From positions 810,001-842,000 of the forward strand of contig NZ_CP107255.1 of NCBI RefSeq assembly GCF_029232205.1: 32,000 bases of DNA, in the 5' to 3' direction. The notes beneath the pieces are model-generated. The model had not been told where the DNA came from. It saw nothing but the letters and a program-made list of their open reading frames with translations, and searched no databases. A program made the translations under genes and the position numbers. Positions 8,602 through 16,998 of this stretch are shown here, one piece after another. The stretch's first letter is position 1. Every line of letters starts with the position of its first letter. The DNA comes from Candidatus Saccharimonadota bacterium (lineage in GTDB: Archaea; Nanohalarchaeota; Nanosalinia; Nanosalinales; Nanosalinaceae).

Positions 8602-9515
8602 AGCTGTTTAAAGGCCTCAACCAGCGCATCCATCACAGGCACTAACTGCTGCTTCATCTCCTCATCACCGTAGAAACCGATTCCCGGCTTCGAATTCAAC
8701 TCAACAATCCACGGCCTTCCATTCTCATCAAAGAACAGATCAACCGAGAAAAGACAGGGCCTGTACTCAAGCTCATCATTCACAGTTTCTATAATCTCCA
8801 GGGCCTGTTCCGGAAAATCCTCAGGACTGACAGCGTGCTGAGAACCTCCCTGCGAGACATTGCTTATCTCGCCATCACTGTACCGAACATAACCGGCCTT
8901 CAGCTCTCCATTCACAACAATACCTCGGAGATCATGAGTGCCTTCAACAATGCCCTCGATTCCCGCACTGCTATCGATAAATCTCTGGACGATATAATCC
9001 TCTTCTATCTCCGGTAAATCTTCCTCATCATCTACGATATGTATTCCTTTACCACCGAAAGCATAGCACGGCTTTAACACAATTTTACCGTACTCCTCCA
9101 GCATCTCACGCACATTCTCCTCCGAAAAAGGCCTAGTCTCCGGCATCATCTCCAGAAATCTTTCATAAGTCAACAACTTATCCTTGCAGAGCTCCTCAAG
9201 CTCAGGATCATTCAAAATTCCAATCTCATTATTGATCTCCTTCTTGAGGGCCTTAGTCTCTTCATCAAAGTGGAACTTGTCGAAAACACCATCAAGCTCC
9301 ACATTCTCTACCTTGCTCCAGAAACCATCTTCATACACCCATCCCCTGGAAAGAGAACCGTCCTCATACCAGTGGTACTGGGCCTGAACAAGCCTCACAC
9401 CTTGATCTCTGGCCCTTTCCGAGAAGTAGCCGTACGCCTCATTTGTTTGGCCATCGAAAGGTTTTTCTCCATCCCAGGTAACTTCCTCATCCCAGAGAAC
9501 TCCAATAGTCTTCAT
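8598..9515 (-). CDS. ATP-grasp ligase (YheC/D- or TTL-like), apparently active
   Basis: 305 aa with IVLKPCYAFGGKGIHIV, YIVQRFI, HDLRGIVVNGELKAGYVRYSDGEISNVSQGGS and FSVDLFFDENGRPWIVELNSKPG. It is convergent with the GCS2 gene, and the two stop codons overlap in TTAA (8598-8601). Confidence 0.75.
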   Translation of the reverse strand: MKTIGVLWDEEVTWDGEKPFDGQTNEAYGYFSERARDQGVRLVQAQYHWYEDGSLSRGWVYEDGFWSKVENVELDGVFDKFHFDEETKALKKEINNEIGILNDPELEELCKDKLLTYERFLEMMPETRPFSEENVREMLEEYGKIVLKPCYAFGGKGIHIVDDEEDLPEIEEDYIVQRFIDSSAGIEGIVEGTHDLRGIVVNGELKAGYVRYSDGEISNVSQGGSQHAVSPEDFPEQALEIIETVNDELEYRPCLFSVDLFFDENGRPWIVELNSKPGIGFYGDEEMKQQLVPVMDALVEAFKQL

Positions 9516-9570
9516 ATAATCAGAGATAACTCAGGCCACAGTTTTAGAGTTAACGAAACAACAGTAAGAT

Positions 9571-9954
9571 ATGACTCAGAAAATCCTGCTGGACACCAAC
9601 TTCCTTGTGGCCTCATTCCAGTTCTCATTCGACCTGTTCGAAGAACTGGACAGACTATACCCTCTCCACGAGCTCTACACACTTGACGACGCAGTAGAGG
9701 AGGCCAAAAGCATCGAAGGAGGAAAGTACGGGCCTCTAGCAGAAAAGTTGATTGAAAAGAAAGATATCGAGGTCCTGGAAACCCATGGAGATGGAGAGGT
9801 AGACGACCTCATAGTAGATGTCAGCGACGAGTTCGCGGTTGCCACAAATGACAAAGAACTCAAACAGCGATTGCTGGATAGAGGCCGTGAAGTAGTGATA
9901 ATCCGCAGCGGCACGCACTTGGAGGTTTTGAACCGTTCCTCGGTAGGGTTTTAA
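9571..9954 (+). CDS. PIN-domain protein (Fcf1/Utp24-like, COG1412-type)
   Basis: 127 aa with LLDTNFLV near the N-terminus and AVATNDKELKQRL. It sits directly upstream of rpo7, as in many archaea. Confidence 0.75.
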   Translation: MTQKILLDTNFLVASFQFSFDLFEELDRLYPLHELYTLDDAVEEAKSIEGGKYGPLAEKLIEKKDIEVLETHGDGEVDDLIVDVSDEFAVATNDKELKQRLLDRGREVVIIRSGTHLEVLNRSSVGF

Positions 9955-10058
9955 AAATTGTCGTCAACCTGTTAAATGTTCCACAGAGGTAGAAGACTAT
10001 AGGGCGCTGAGCCCTCCACAACCTCAGTTTTCTACCAAAAATGGAGGTAGTGTCTCAA

Positions 10059-10631
10059 ATGTACAAAAGAAAAACAATTCAAGAATCAGTAAGAGTTCCC
10101 CCAGAACATCTGGGAGAGAACCTGGAAGAAAGCGTCACAGAAGGCCTTAAAGCAGAAACAGAAGGAAACATTGATCCTGAAGTAGGAGTAGTACTTGCAA
10201 TCGAAGAAGTTAACTCCGTAGAAGGAGGAGAAATCGAGCCTGAAGACGCAGGAGTACACTACGACGTAGAATACTCAGCACTTGTATTTGAACCAGAGCT
10301 TCACGAAGTAGTATTCGGAGAAGTAGTCGACGTCACAAGCTTCGGAGCATTCATCCGTATCGGTCCGTTCGACGGCCTATGCCACGTCAGTCAGGTAATG
10401 GACGAATACGTCAACCACGACGAAGAAAACGGAATGCTTGTATCCGAAGAAAACCAGTTCACACTCGAAGACGGAGACGTCGTAACAGCAAGAATAATCG
10501 CAGTAAGCCTTGGAAAAGAGGACACCAATAAGATCAACCTGACAATGAGACAGCCAGGCCTCGGAAAAGAAGAATGGGTAGAACAGTACGAGGAAGAACA
10601 GGAAGCAGAAGACGAAGAAGGTGAAGAATAG
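10059..10631 (+). CDS. rpo7: DNA-directed RNA polymerase subunit E' (Rpo7)
   Basis: MYKRKTIQESVRVPPEHLGENL... N-terminus plus an S1 domain (GEVVDVTSFGAFIRIGPFDGLCHVSQV). I prefer the ATG at 10059, with GGAGGT at 10043-10048, over the ORF-track start at 10041. Confidence 0.9.
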   Translation: MYKRKTIQESVRVPPEHLGENLEESVTEGLKAETEGNIDPEVGVVLAIEEVNSVEGGEIEPEDAGVHYDVEYSALVFEPELHEVVFGEVVDVTSFGAFIRIGPFDGLCHVSQVMDEYVNHDEENGMLVSEENQFTLEDGDVVTARIIAVSLGKEDTNKINLTMRQPGLGKEEWVEQYEEEQEAEDEEGEE

Positions 10632-10819
10632 TGGCCGAAAAAGCATGCAAAAACTGCAACAGAATTGTAGAAGACGCCACAGAATGCCCAGTATGTAAAA
10701 ACAACGACCTATCCGACTCATGGAGCGGGCTAGTCGTAATCTACGACCCAGAAGACTCACAAATCGCAGAAAAAATCGGGATCAACACGCCCGGAAAATA
10801 CGCAATCAGAGTAAAATAA
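10631..10819 (+). CDS. spt4: Transcription elongation factor Spt4 / RNAP subunit E''
   Basis: 62 aa with a zinc ribbon (CKNC...CPVC) followed by SWSGLVVIYDPEDSQIAEKIGI. The GTG start overlaps the rpo7 TAG by 1 nt. Confidence 0.85.
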   Translation: MAEKACKNCNRIVEDATECPVCKNNDLSDSWSGLVVIYDPEDSQIAEKIGINTPGKYAIRVK

Positions 10820-10835
10820 AAGGAGAAACGATACT

Positions 10836-11267
10836 ATGGAAGCAAACATCACATCAGTAAAAGAAAACCCTCTCCTAGACAGGAGAGAAGTAGAAGTAAG
10901 CCTCAACCACGAAGGAGAGGCAACACCAAGCGAAGAAGATGTAAAATCAAGAATCGCAGCAGAAAACGGAATCGAAACCGAAAACATCGAAGTAGAATCA
11001 ATCTACACCGGTTTCGGAAAACAATCCTCAAAGGCAACACTCAAAGTCATGCAGGACTTCGAATACGACGAAGACCTCGAAGAAGAAGCCCTAGAGGAAG
11101 AAGTAGAAGTCACAGAAGACTACAGAGACGCAGTCGCAGGCACAATCACAGACGCCAAAGACACACTCCAAGACATGGAAGACGTCGACTGGGACGCAGC
11201 CATCGAAGCAGAAAAAGACAACAAAAACCGCACAACACTAATCGACTGGCTTGAAAACCAGAAATAA
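10836..11267 (+). CDS. rps24e: 30S ribosomal protein S24e with a C-terminal acidic extension of about 70 aa
   Basis: The N-terminal ~70 aa (ITSVKENPLLDRREVEVSLNHEGEATPSEEDVKSRIAAENGIETENIEVESIYTGFGKQSSKATLKV) match S24e. The remainder is an acidic tail. Confidence 0.85.
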   Translation: MEANITSVKENPLLDRREVEVSLNHEGEATPSEEDVKSRIAAENGIETENIEVESIYTGFGKQSSKATLKVMQDFEYDEDLEEEALEEEVEVTEDYRDAVAGTITDAKDTLQDMEDVDWDAAIEAEKDNKNRTTLIDWLENQK

Positions 11268-11282
11268 AAGGTGACATAAAAA

Positions 11283-11432
11283 ATGGCAAAACACGAAACA
11301 GTAGCCATCAACGAAAAATACAACGAAGACGGAAGCTACAACGGAGAAAAATGCCCAAGATGCGGCAGCTTCCTAGCCGAACACGAAGACCGCAAAAGCT
11401 GCGGAAAGTGCGGCTACACAAAACACCAGTAA
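11283..11432 (+). CDS. rps27ae: 30S ribosomal protein S27ae (zinc ribbon); not in the ORF track
   Basis: Hand translation gives [49 protein letters not shown] (49 aa), with CPRCG...CGKCG. AGGTGA lies upstream. The position after S24e is the conserved one. Confidence 0.8.
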   Translation: MAKHETVAINEKYNEDGSYNGEKCPRCGSFLAEHEDRKSCGKCGYTKHQ

Positions 11433-11447
11433 GGCCCCACGCCTTAC
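11429..11447 (+). terminator. Hairpin overlapping the S27ae stop (GTAAGGC-CCCAC-GCCTTAC), followed by a T-rich stretch
   Basis: A perfect 7-bp inverted repeat read directly. It lies at the end of the PIN-rpo7-spt4-S24e-S27ae string, before the kae1 promoter. Confidence 0.3.
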
Positions 11448-11493
11448 CACCACATTTCCTTCATATCAACTTTCTACAGATTCTACCTCTCAA

Positions 11494-11501
11494 CTTTTAA
11501 C
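11494..11501 (+). promoter_or_regulatory. TATA-like box (CTTTTAAC) for kae1
   Basis: Centred about 28 nt upstream of the kae1 ATG (11526), with no SD between them. This suggests a leaderless mRNA. Confidence 0.4.
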
Positions 11502-11525
11502 TTTTCCAAGACAGATTCTTGCTAG

Positions 11526-12503
11526 ATGAAAGTACTAGGCATTGAGTCAACAGCCCACACACTCGGCATCGGAATAGTCGATGAAGAAGAGATACACGCA
11601 AATGTCAAGTCGATGTTCGAGCCAGAGGAAGGCGGAATACACCCGAGGAAGGCCTCAGAGCACCACTACCAGCATGCACTGGAGAAGATCAACGAGGCAG
11701 AGGCCAAGACAGATTTCCAGCTGGAAGACCTCGATGCCATAGCATTCTCTCAAGGGCCTGGAATACCTCAATGCCTTGACGTAGGAGCTGTACTTGCAAG
11801 AACGTTATCGAAAAAATACGAGATTCCTCTAATCGGCGTTAACCACTGCCTGGCACATATCTCTATCGGAATCAGAACTACGGAGGCCGAAAACCCAACC
11901 ACACTCTACATTTCAGGCGGCAATTCCCAGATACTAGACCTCAGATCAGGCCGATACAGAGTTGTAGGAGAGACTCTGGACATTGCACTCGGTAACGCTC
12001 TGGACAAACTAGCCCGGAAACTAGGCTACCCTCATCCAGGAGGCCCGGAGATCGAAAGACTAGCGGAAGAGACAGACGAGATAATTGAAATGAGCTACCC
12101 GATCAAGGGAATGGACTTCTCCTTCTCAGGCCTGACAACAGAGGCAGAAAGAAAAATCGATCAGGTAGATGATGAGGTACTTACCAACAGCTTCCAGGAA
12201 CACGCATACTCAGCAGCGGTGGAAGCACTTGAAAGAGCGATGGCCCAGGAAGAAAGCACCGAGGCCCTGCTCACAGGAGGAGTAGCAATGAACTCCCGGC
12301 TTAGAGAGATGGTGGAGCTTATGTGCGAGCAGCGAGATGCAGAAGCATACTTCCCTCCACACGAATTCTGCATGGACAACGGAGCAATGATCGCACACCA
12401 GGGATTAATCGAGTTAAAGGCCGGAAGACAGACAAGTATAGAAAACTCAAGTAAAAAACCGAACTGGAGGCCTGACCAGGTGGAAGTAGAATGGGGGATT
12501 TAG
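11526..12503 (+). CDS. kae1: tRNA N6-adenosine threonylcarbamoyltransferase Kae1 (not fused to Bud32)
   Basis: 325 aa with VLGIESTAHTLGIGIV, GVNHCLAHI and TGGVAMNSRLREM motifs. Confidence 0.95.
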   Translation: MKVLGIESTAHTLGIGIVDEEEIHANVKSMFEPEEGGIHPRKASEHHYQHALEKINEAEAKTDFQLEDLDAIAFSQGPGIPQCLDVGAVLARTLSKKYEIPLIGVNHCLAHISIGIRTTEAENPTTLYISGGNSQILDLRSGRYRVVGETLDIALGNALDKLARKLGYPHPGGPEIERLAEETDEIIEMSYPIKGMDFSFSGLTTEAERKIDQVDDEVLTNSFQEHAYSAAVEALERAMAQEESTEALLTGGVAMNSRLREMVELMCEQRDAEAYFPPHEFCMDNGAMIAHQGLIELKAGRQTSIENSSKKPNWRPDQVEVEWGI

Positions 12504-13075
12504 AAAAACAGATCGAAGAAGCCAGAGAAGAAATAGAAAAAGGCGGAATAGTAGTATTCCCTACGGAAACTGCATACGGAATAGCAGCGGACGCAACAAA
12601 CAGAATCGCAATCGAAAAAGTATACGAGGCCAAGAAAAGACCTCGAAGCAAAGGCCTGACCGCAATAGTTGACTCACTGGAGACAGCGGAAAAATACGCA
12701 GAACTATCAGAATACGAGAAAAAAGTAGTCAGAGAATTCATGCCGGGGCCTCTAACACTTGTAGCAGAGAAAAAAGACTCTGTACCTGACAACCTGAACA
12801 AGGACTTCGCATTCAGAATCTCATCTGCAGAAGTAGCAGCAGAACTCTCACAGAAAGGCCCGATCACAGCAACATCCGCAAACATCTCAGGAAACGAAAC
12901 CTCATATTCTGTAGACGATATTTCAGAAAAACTTCTGGAGAAAGCCGACTACGTCATCGACGCAGGTAAACTCGAAGACGGGCCTACATCAACAATCGCA
13001 GCAGTAATAGATGGAGAGGTAGAGATCTTCCGAGAGGGACCTATTAAGAAGAACGAGATCGAAAAAGTTCTATAG
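12491..13075 (+). CDS. tsaC: Threonylcarbamoyl-AMP synthase, short YrdC-only form (TsaC/Sua5 family)
   Basis: 194 aa with GGIVVFPTETAYGIAADATN, KKRPRSKGL and ATSANISG. It overlaps kae1 by 13 nt and lacks a C-terminal SUA5 domain. Confidence 0.9.
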   Translation: MGDLEKQIEEAREEIEKGGIVVFPTETAYGIAADATNRIAIEKVYEAKKRPRSKGLTAIVDSLETAEKYAELSEYEKKVVREFMPGPLTLVAEKKDSVPDNLNKDFAFRISSAEVAAELSQKGPITATSANISGNETSYSVDDISEKLLEKADYVIDAGKLEDGPTSTIAAVIDGEVEIFREGPIKKNEIEKVL

Positions 13076-13077
13076 AC

Positions 13078-14751
13078 ATGGCTGTAGGCTACGAATCACT
13101 GGCCCTCCTAATCGGTATCGCAACAATTCTAGGGATAGTAGCAGAAAAAACAAGGCAGCCCAAAGTCATGGCCTACATAATAGCAGGCCTAATAGTAGGA
13201 CCAGTAGGATTCAACCTTATATCCGAAACAGAAATGACCTCACTCTTCTCAGAACTAGGTCTCGTATTCCTTCTATTTCTAATAGGCCTGGAAATCAACC
13301 TTGAAGAAGTAAAAGACGTACTCAAACCAACAATAGGAATAGCAGTCATACAGATGATACTGGTATTCCTCCTCGGCCTGGCCACAACCTACTCACTAGG
13401 ATTCGACCTGACAACCGCCGTATTCATCGGTGCAGCAGCAATGTTCAGCTCCACAGCTCTCGTCGTCAAACTACTAACAAACCTCGACGAAGCCTCCACA
13501 CTACCAGGAAGACTCGACATCGGCATACTACTAGTACAAGACGTAGCCGTAGTACTCATACTAGCCCTACTAACAGTCCAAAGCACCTCACCAACACAGA
13601 TAGCGCTAAAACTTGGAGAAATCTTCGTAATGATCTCCTTTATCGCAGCAATATCCCTCCTATCATCAAAATACCTGTTCTCACGAATACTGAAGAAACT
13701 ATCAGGCAATAAAGCCGCATTCTTCACACACGGAGTAGCATGGGCCTTCCTGTTCATCTCACTATCACAGTACTTCAACTTATCACTTGAAATAGGAGCA
13801 TTCATAGCAGGCGTCGGCCTCGCACAAATACCATACAGCAGAGAACTACAGGAAAGAGTAAGACCAATGACAGACCTCTTCATGGCCATATTCTTCCTGA
13901 ACTTCGGCCTCGGAATCACAGGAGGATCACTACAGGCCTACCTACTAGAAGCCATCATCGCATCAATCATCCTCATAATCGGAAAGTTCGCAATCTTCTT
14001 CCTTGTAGTCGACAGATTCAAATTCACCCCAGAAACCAGCTTCAAAACAGCAATGAACATGACACAGGTCAGCGAATTCGGCCTCATACTCATCAGCCTC
14101 GCAATAACACAGGGATACATCGCACAGGACGTATCAGGCTTCATCAGCATAGTAACAATCCTCACAATGGGAGTATCAGCCTACACAATAAGATTCAAAG
14201 ATGAGATCCATGAAAAAGTCGAACACCTGCTCAACTTCTTCGAAGGAGAAGAAAAAACCGACATCGAAATCAGAAAACTCGAAAACCACGTAGTAGTCAT
14301 AGGATATGACCAGATCGCCAGAAAAGCCTGCGAAACACTCCAGGAAGAATACGAAATACTTGTAATAGACAGAAACTCGGAAAACACAGCAGAACTCTCA
14401 AGATCAAACTACGAATACATCTACGGAGACTTCAAACACGGAGAAATAAGAGAAGCAGCAAAAATACCAGAAGCAGCATTCATAATTAGCCTCTCACCAG
14501 AAAAAGCTGTAAACGACAGAATACTTGAAGAAAAAGACAGAGACTCAACAGCAATAGTAAAAGCCGACAGCATAGAACACGCAGTAGACCTCTATGACAT
14601 GGGCGCAGACTACGTCATAGTCAAAAACCTGCTCACCGGTAACAGACTAAGCGAATACCTGGAACTCTACCTCGAAGACCGAGAACTATTCATCAAAGAA
14701 GTAGAGGCCGAAATGAAAGAACTAAGAGGTGATAAACCATCTCAGAACTGA
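13078..14751 (+). CDS. CPA2/Kef-type monovalent cation:proton antiporter with a C-terminal RCK (TrkA-N) domain
   Basis: 557 aa. A polytopic Na+/H+-exchanger-type membrane domain (MAYIIAGLIVGP...) is followed by a Rossmann segment (ENHVVVIGYDQIARKACETL). Confidence 0.85.
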   Translation: MAVGYESLALLIGIATILGIVAEKTRQPKVMAYIIAGLIVGPVGFNLISETEMTSLFSELGLVFLLFLIGLEINLEEVKDVLKPTIGIAVIQMILVFLLGLATTYSLGFDLTTAVFIGAAAMFSSTALVVKLLTNLDEASTLPGRLDIGILLVQDVAVVLILALLTVQSTSPTQIALKLGEIFVMISFIAAISLLSSKYLFSRILKKLSGNKAAFFTHGVAWAFLFISLSQYFNLSLEIGAFIAGVGLAQIPYSRELQERVRPMTDLFMAIFFLNFGLGITGGSLQAYLLEAIIASIILIIGKFAIFFLVVDRFKFTPETSFKTAMNMTQVSEFGLILISLAITQGYIAQDVSGFISIVTILTMGVSAYTIRFKDEIHEKVEHLLNFFEGEEKTDIEIRKLENHVVVIGYDQIARKACETLQEEYEILVIDRNSENTAELSRSNYEYIYGDFKHGEIREAAKIPEAAFIISLSPEKAVNDRILEEKDRDSTAIVKADSIEHAVDLYDMGADYVIVKNLLTGNRLSEYLELYLEDRELFIKEVEAEMKELRGDKPSQN

Positions 14752-14774
14752 TAAACGTACTAACCGCAGTATTC

Positions 14775-16394
14775 GTGGCCTCATCAGCAATACTGCTCTT
14801 CACAGACTACTTCAACCACCCATCAATACCAGCCTACATACTCGCAGGAATAATAGTAGGAAGATTCTTCCCACAGGAAGAAATGCTATCATTCGTACAG
14901 ATAGGCCTCGCATTCCTTGTATTCATCTTCGGAGTAAAAATGGATCCAGAAAGACTCAGATCAGTAGCCAAAGAAAGCCAGATAGCAGGAGGAATACAGA
15001 TAACAGTCATAGGCCTGATCAGCCTCACAGCAGGATACTTCCTATTCAACTTCAACCCAATAAACAGCATACTCTTCACCCTCTCAGCAGTACTCAGCTC
15101 AACACTCGTAGGCCTCGACATACTGGAAAGAGAAATACACATCAACCTGACACACGCAAGACTCGCAGAATCAATCCACCTAACACAGGACGTAATCGCA
15201 ATACTCATACTGATAGGTCTCGGAAGCGTCCAGACAATCCTCACAAACATCCCACAAAACCTCTACTACGGCCTCATGATCATAGCAGCATCACTCGCCT
15301 TCAGACAAATCCTATTCGACCAACTCACCAAACTCACTGGCGGCTCAAGAGAACTCATGATGCTACTCTCCATCACAGTACTATCAGCATTCATCGGAGC
15401 AGCACAGTACTTCAACATCTCATTAGCAGTAGGAAGCTTCGCAGCAGGCCTCGCAGTATCAAAATACCCATACAACATTGAAATACTTGACACCACAGGA
15501 TCACTGAAAGACTTCTTCTCAGCCATCTTCTTCGTATCACTCGGCGCACTGATCACAACACCAACACAAAAAGTCCTCATGGTATCAGCCCTGCTAATAG
15601 CGCTTACCTCCATATTCAAACCATACACCGTGATAACAGCACTCATCCTCCAAGGCCACAACAAAAGAACATCATACCTCACAGGAATGAGCATTGACCA
15701 GGTCAGCGAACTAGCACTCATAATAGCAATCCAGACACACCTAGCAGGTATAATGAACGACGTACTCTTCCAGGCCATCATACTCACCGCAACATTCAGT
15801 ATGCTAACCTCATCCTACACCCAGAGACACAAAGAAGAAATATACAGATTCATGTCAAAATACGACATCCTGCCGGACGCAGAAACCACCATCAGAACAA
15901 GAATAGACGGAAAACTCGAAAATCATGTTATACTGGTAGGATACGACACACAAGGCAAAAGACTCGCCGACAAACTAAAGGAAGAAAACCAGCAGTTCGT
16001 AGTACTGGAAAACGACCCAGAAAAAGTAGAAGAACTGCACGACAACAACGACAACTACATCTTCAGCGACATAATGGAAGATGAAACCTGGCAAAAGGCC
16101 GAAATAGAAGAGGCAAAACTCATAATCTCAACAATACCTCTTAGATCAGCCTCAAACAAAATAACAGGTCTTGAAACAGATGCAGACATAATACTCAGAT
16201 CAGAAGAGGTAAAAGAAGCAGAAAAACTACTTGAAAACGACAAAGTAATCTACGTAAATATCCCGGACATGACAGGAGCAGAACTTCTCTCAGACCACAT
16301 CGAAGGAATAATGGAAAATGTTAACTACAGAGAAGAACTCAGACGCAAAAACATGCTGGAACTCAGAAAATACCTGCAATCCGAAGAAGGGTAA
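14775..16394 (+). CDS. Second tandem CPA2/Kef-type antiporter with an RCK domain; start uncertain
   Basis: 539 aa, paralogous to the upstream gene (PAYILAGIIVG...; ENHVILVGYDTQGKRLADKL). GTG at 14775 is the only canonical start, but the frame is open from 14736 and the extra residues would complete TM1. Confidence 0.8.
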   Translation: MASSAILLFTDYFNHPSIPAYILAGIIVGRFFPQEEMLSFVQIGLAFLVFIFGVKMDPERLRSVAKESQIAGGIQITVIGLISLTAGYFLFNFNPINSILFTLSAVLSSTLVGLDILEREIHINLTHARLAESIHLTQDVIAILILIGLGSVQTILTNIPQNLYYGLMIIAASLAFRQILFDQLTKLTGGSRELMMLLSITVLSAFIGAAQYFNISLAVGSFAAGLAVSKYPYNIEILDTTGSLKDFFSAIFFVSLGALITTPTQKVLMVSALLIALTSIFKPYTVITALILQGHNKRTSYLTGMSIDQVSELALIIAIQTHLAGIMNDVLFQAIILTATFSMLTSSYTQRHKEEIYRFMSKYDILPDAETTIRTRIDGKLENHVILVGYDTQGKRLADKLKEENQQFVVLENDPEKVEELHDNNDNYIFSDIMEDETWQKAEIEEAKLIISTIPLRSASNKITGLETDADIILRSEEVKEAEKLLENDKVIYVNIPDMTGAELLSDHIEGIMENVNYREELRRKNMLELRKYLQSEEG

Positions 16395-16421
16395 AAAGAG
16401 TAAAGGCCCATAAACAGTAAC

Positions 16422-16994
16422 ATGACGGTAAGAGGCGCCGAAGCCATAATAGAAATACGGGACGACAAAGTAGTCAAGACCCGGGAAAAAAAGAAATACC
16501 GACACCCGGAACTGGACGAAAAAATAAGGAAAGAAAGAACAAAGGCAGAGGCCCGCATCATGGAAAAAGCCCTCAAACACGGCGTCAAAGTACCAGAAAT
16601 TCTCAACCAGAAAGACTACACTATCAAAATGCAGAAAATAGAGGGCCAGACACTCAAACAGGTACTCGAAAAACAGACCGAAAAAATGAAAGAGTACGGA
16701 GAAAACGTGGCCAGAATGCACGACACAGATATAATCCACGGCGACCTCACCACCAGCAACGCAATAGCCGACAAAAAACTACACATAATTGACTTCGGCC
16801 TCTCATCCCACTCAGAAAGAATAGAAGACAAAGCAGTCGACATCCACCTACTCAAACAAGTTCTAAACAGCTCACACCCCGAAATATCGGAAAAAGCCTG
16901 GGAAAAATTCGTGGAAGGATACCAGAACTCCACCAACTCAGAAAAAGTACTGCAGCAACTCAAAGAAGTGGAAAAAAGAGGCCGCTACAAATAA
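16422..16994 (+). CDS. bud32: Bud32/PRPK-type atypical kinase (KEOPS subunit)
   Basis: 190 aa with GAEAIIEI, IIHGDLTTSNAI and IIDFGLS. It is small and RIO-like, as in archaeal Bud32. Confidence 0.85.
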   Translation: MTVRGAEAIIEIRDDKVVKTREKKKYRHPELDEKIRKERTKAEARIMEKALKHGVKVPEILNQKDYTIKMQKIEGQTLKQVLEKQTEKMKEYGENVARMHDTDIIHGDLTTSNAIADKKLHIIDFGLSSHSERIEDKAVDIHLLKQVLNSSHPEISEKAWEKFVEGYQNSTNSEKVLQQLKEVEKRGRYK

Positions 16995-16998
16995 ATCA

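Noticed and set aside
9955-10058. Nested inverted repeats (GAGGT...AGGGC-GCTGA-GCCCT...ACCTC) upstream of rpo7 as a possible small RNA or riboswitch-like element
   Set aside because: The stems are short (5 bp). I recognise no family. The position is compatible with an ordinary 5' UTR or promoter spacer.
12319-12885. 188-aa antisense ORF; similar ones occur at 10377-10760, 16290-16739, 13389-13919 and 15266-15787
   Set aside because: They are antisense to strongly supported genes (kae1/tsaC, rpo7/spt4, bud32, Kef genes). They are Ser/Phe/Leu-rich, as expected from reading the pyrimidine-rich complement, and have no motifs.
14729-15481. 250-aa ORF rich in R, P, T and H on the plus strand
   Set aside because: It lies entirely inside the second Kef gene in another frame. 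It has low-complexity composition and no motifs. The Kef frame has clear family signatures.
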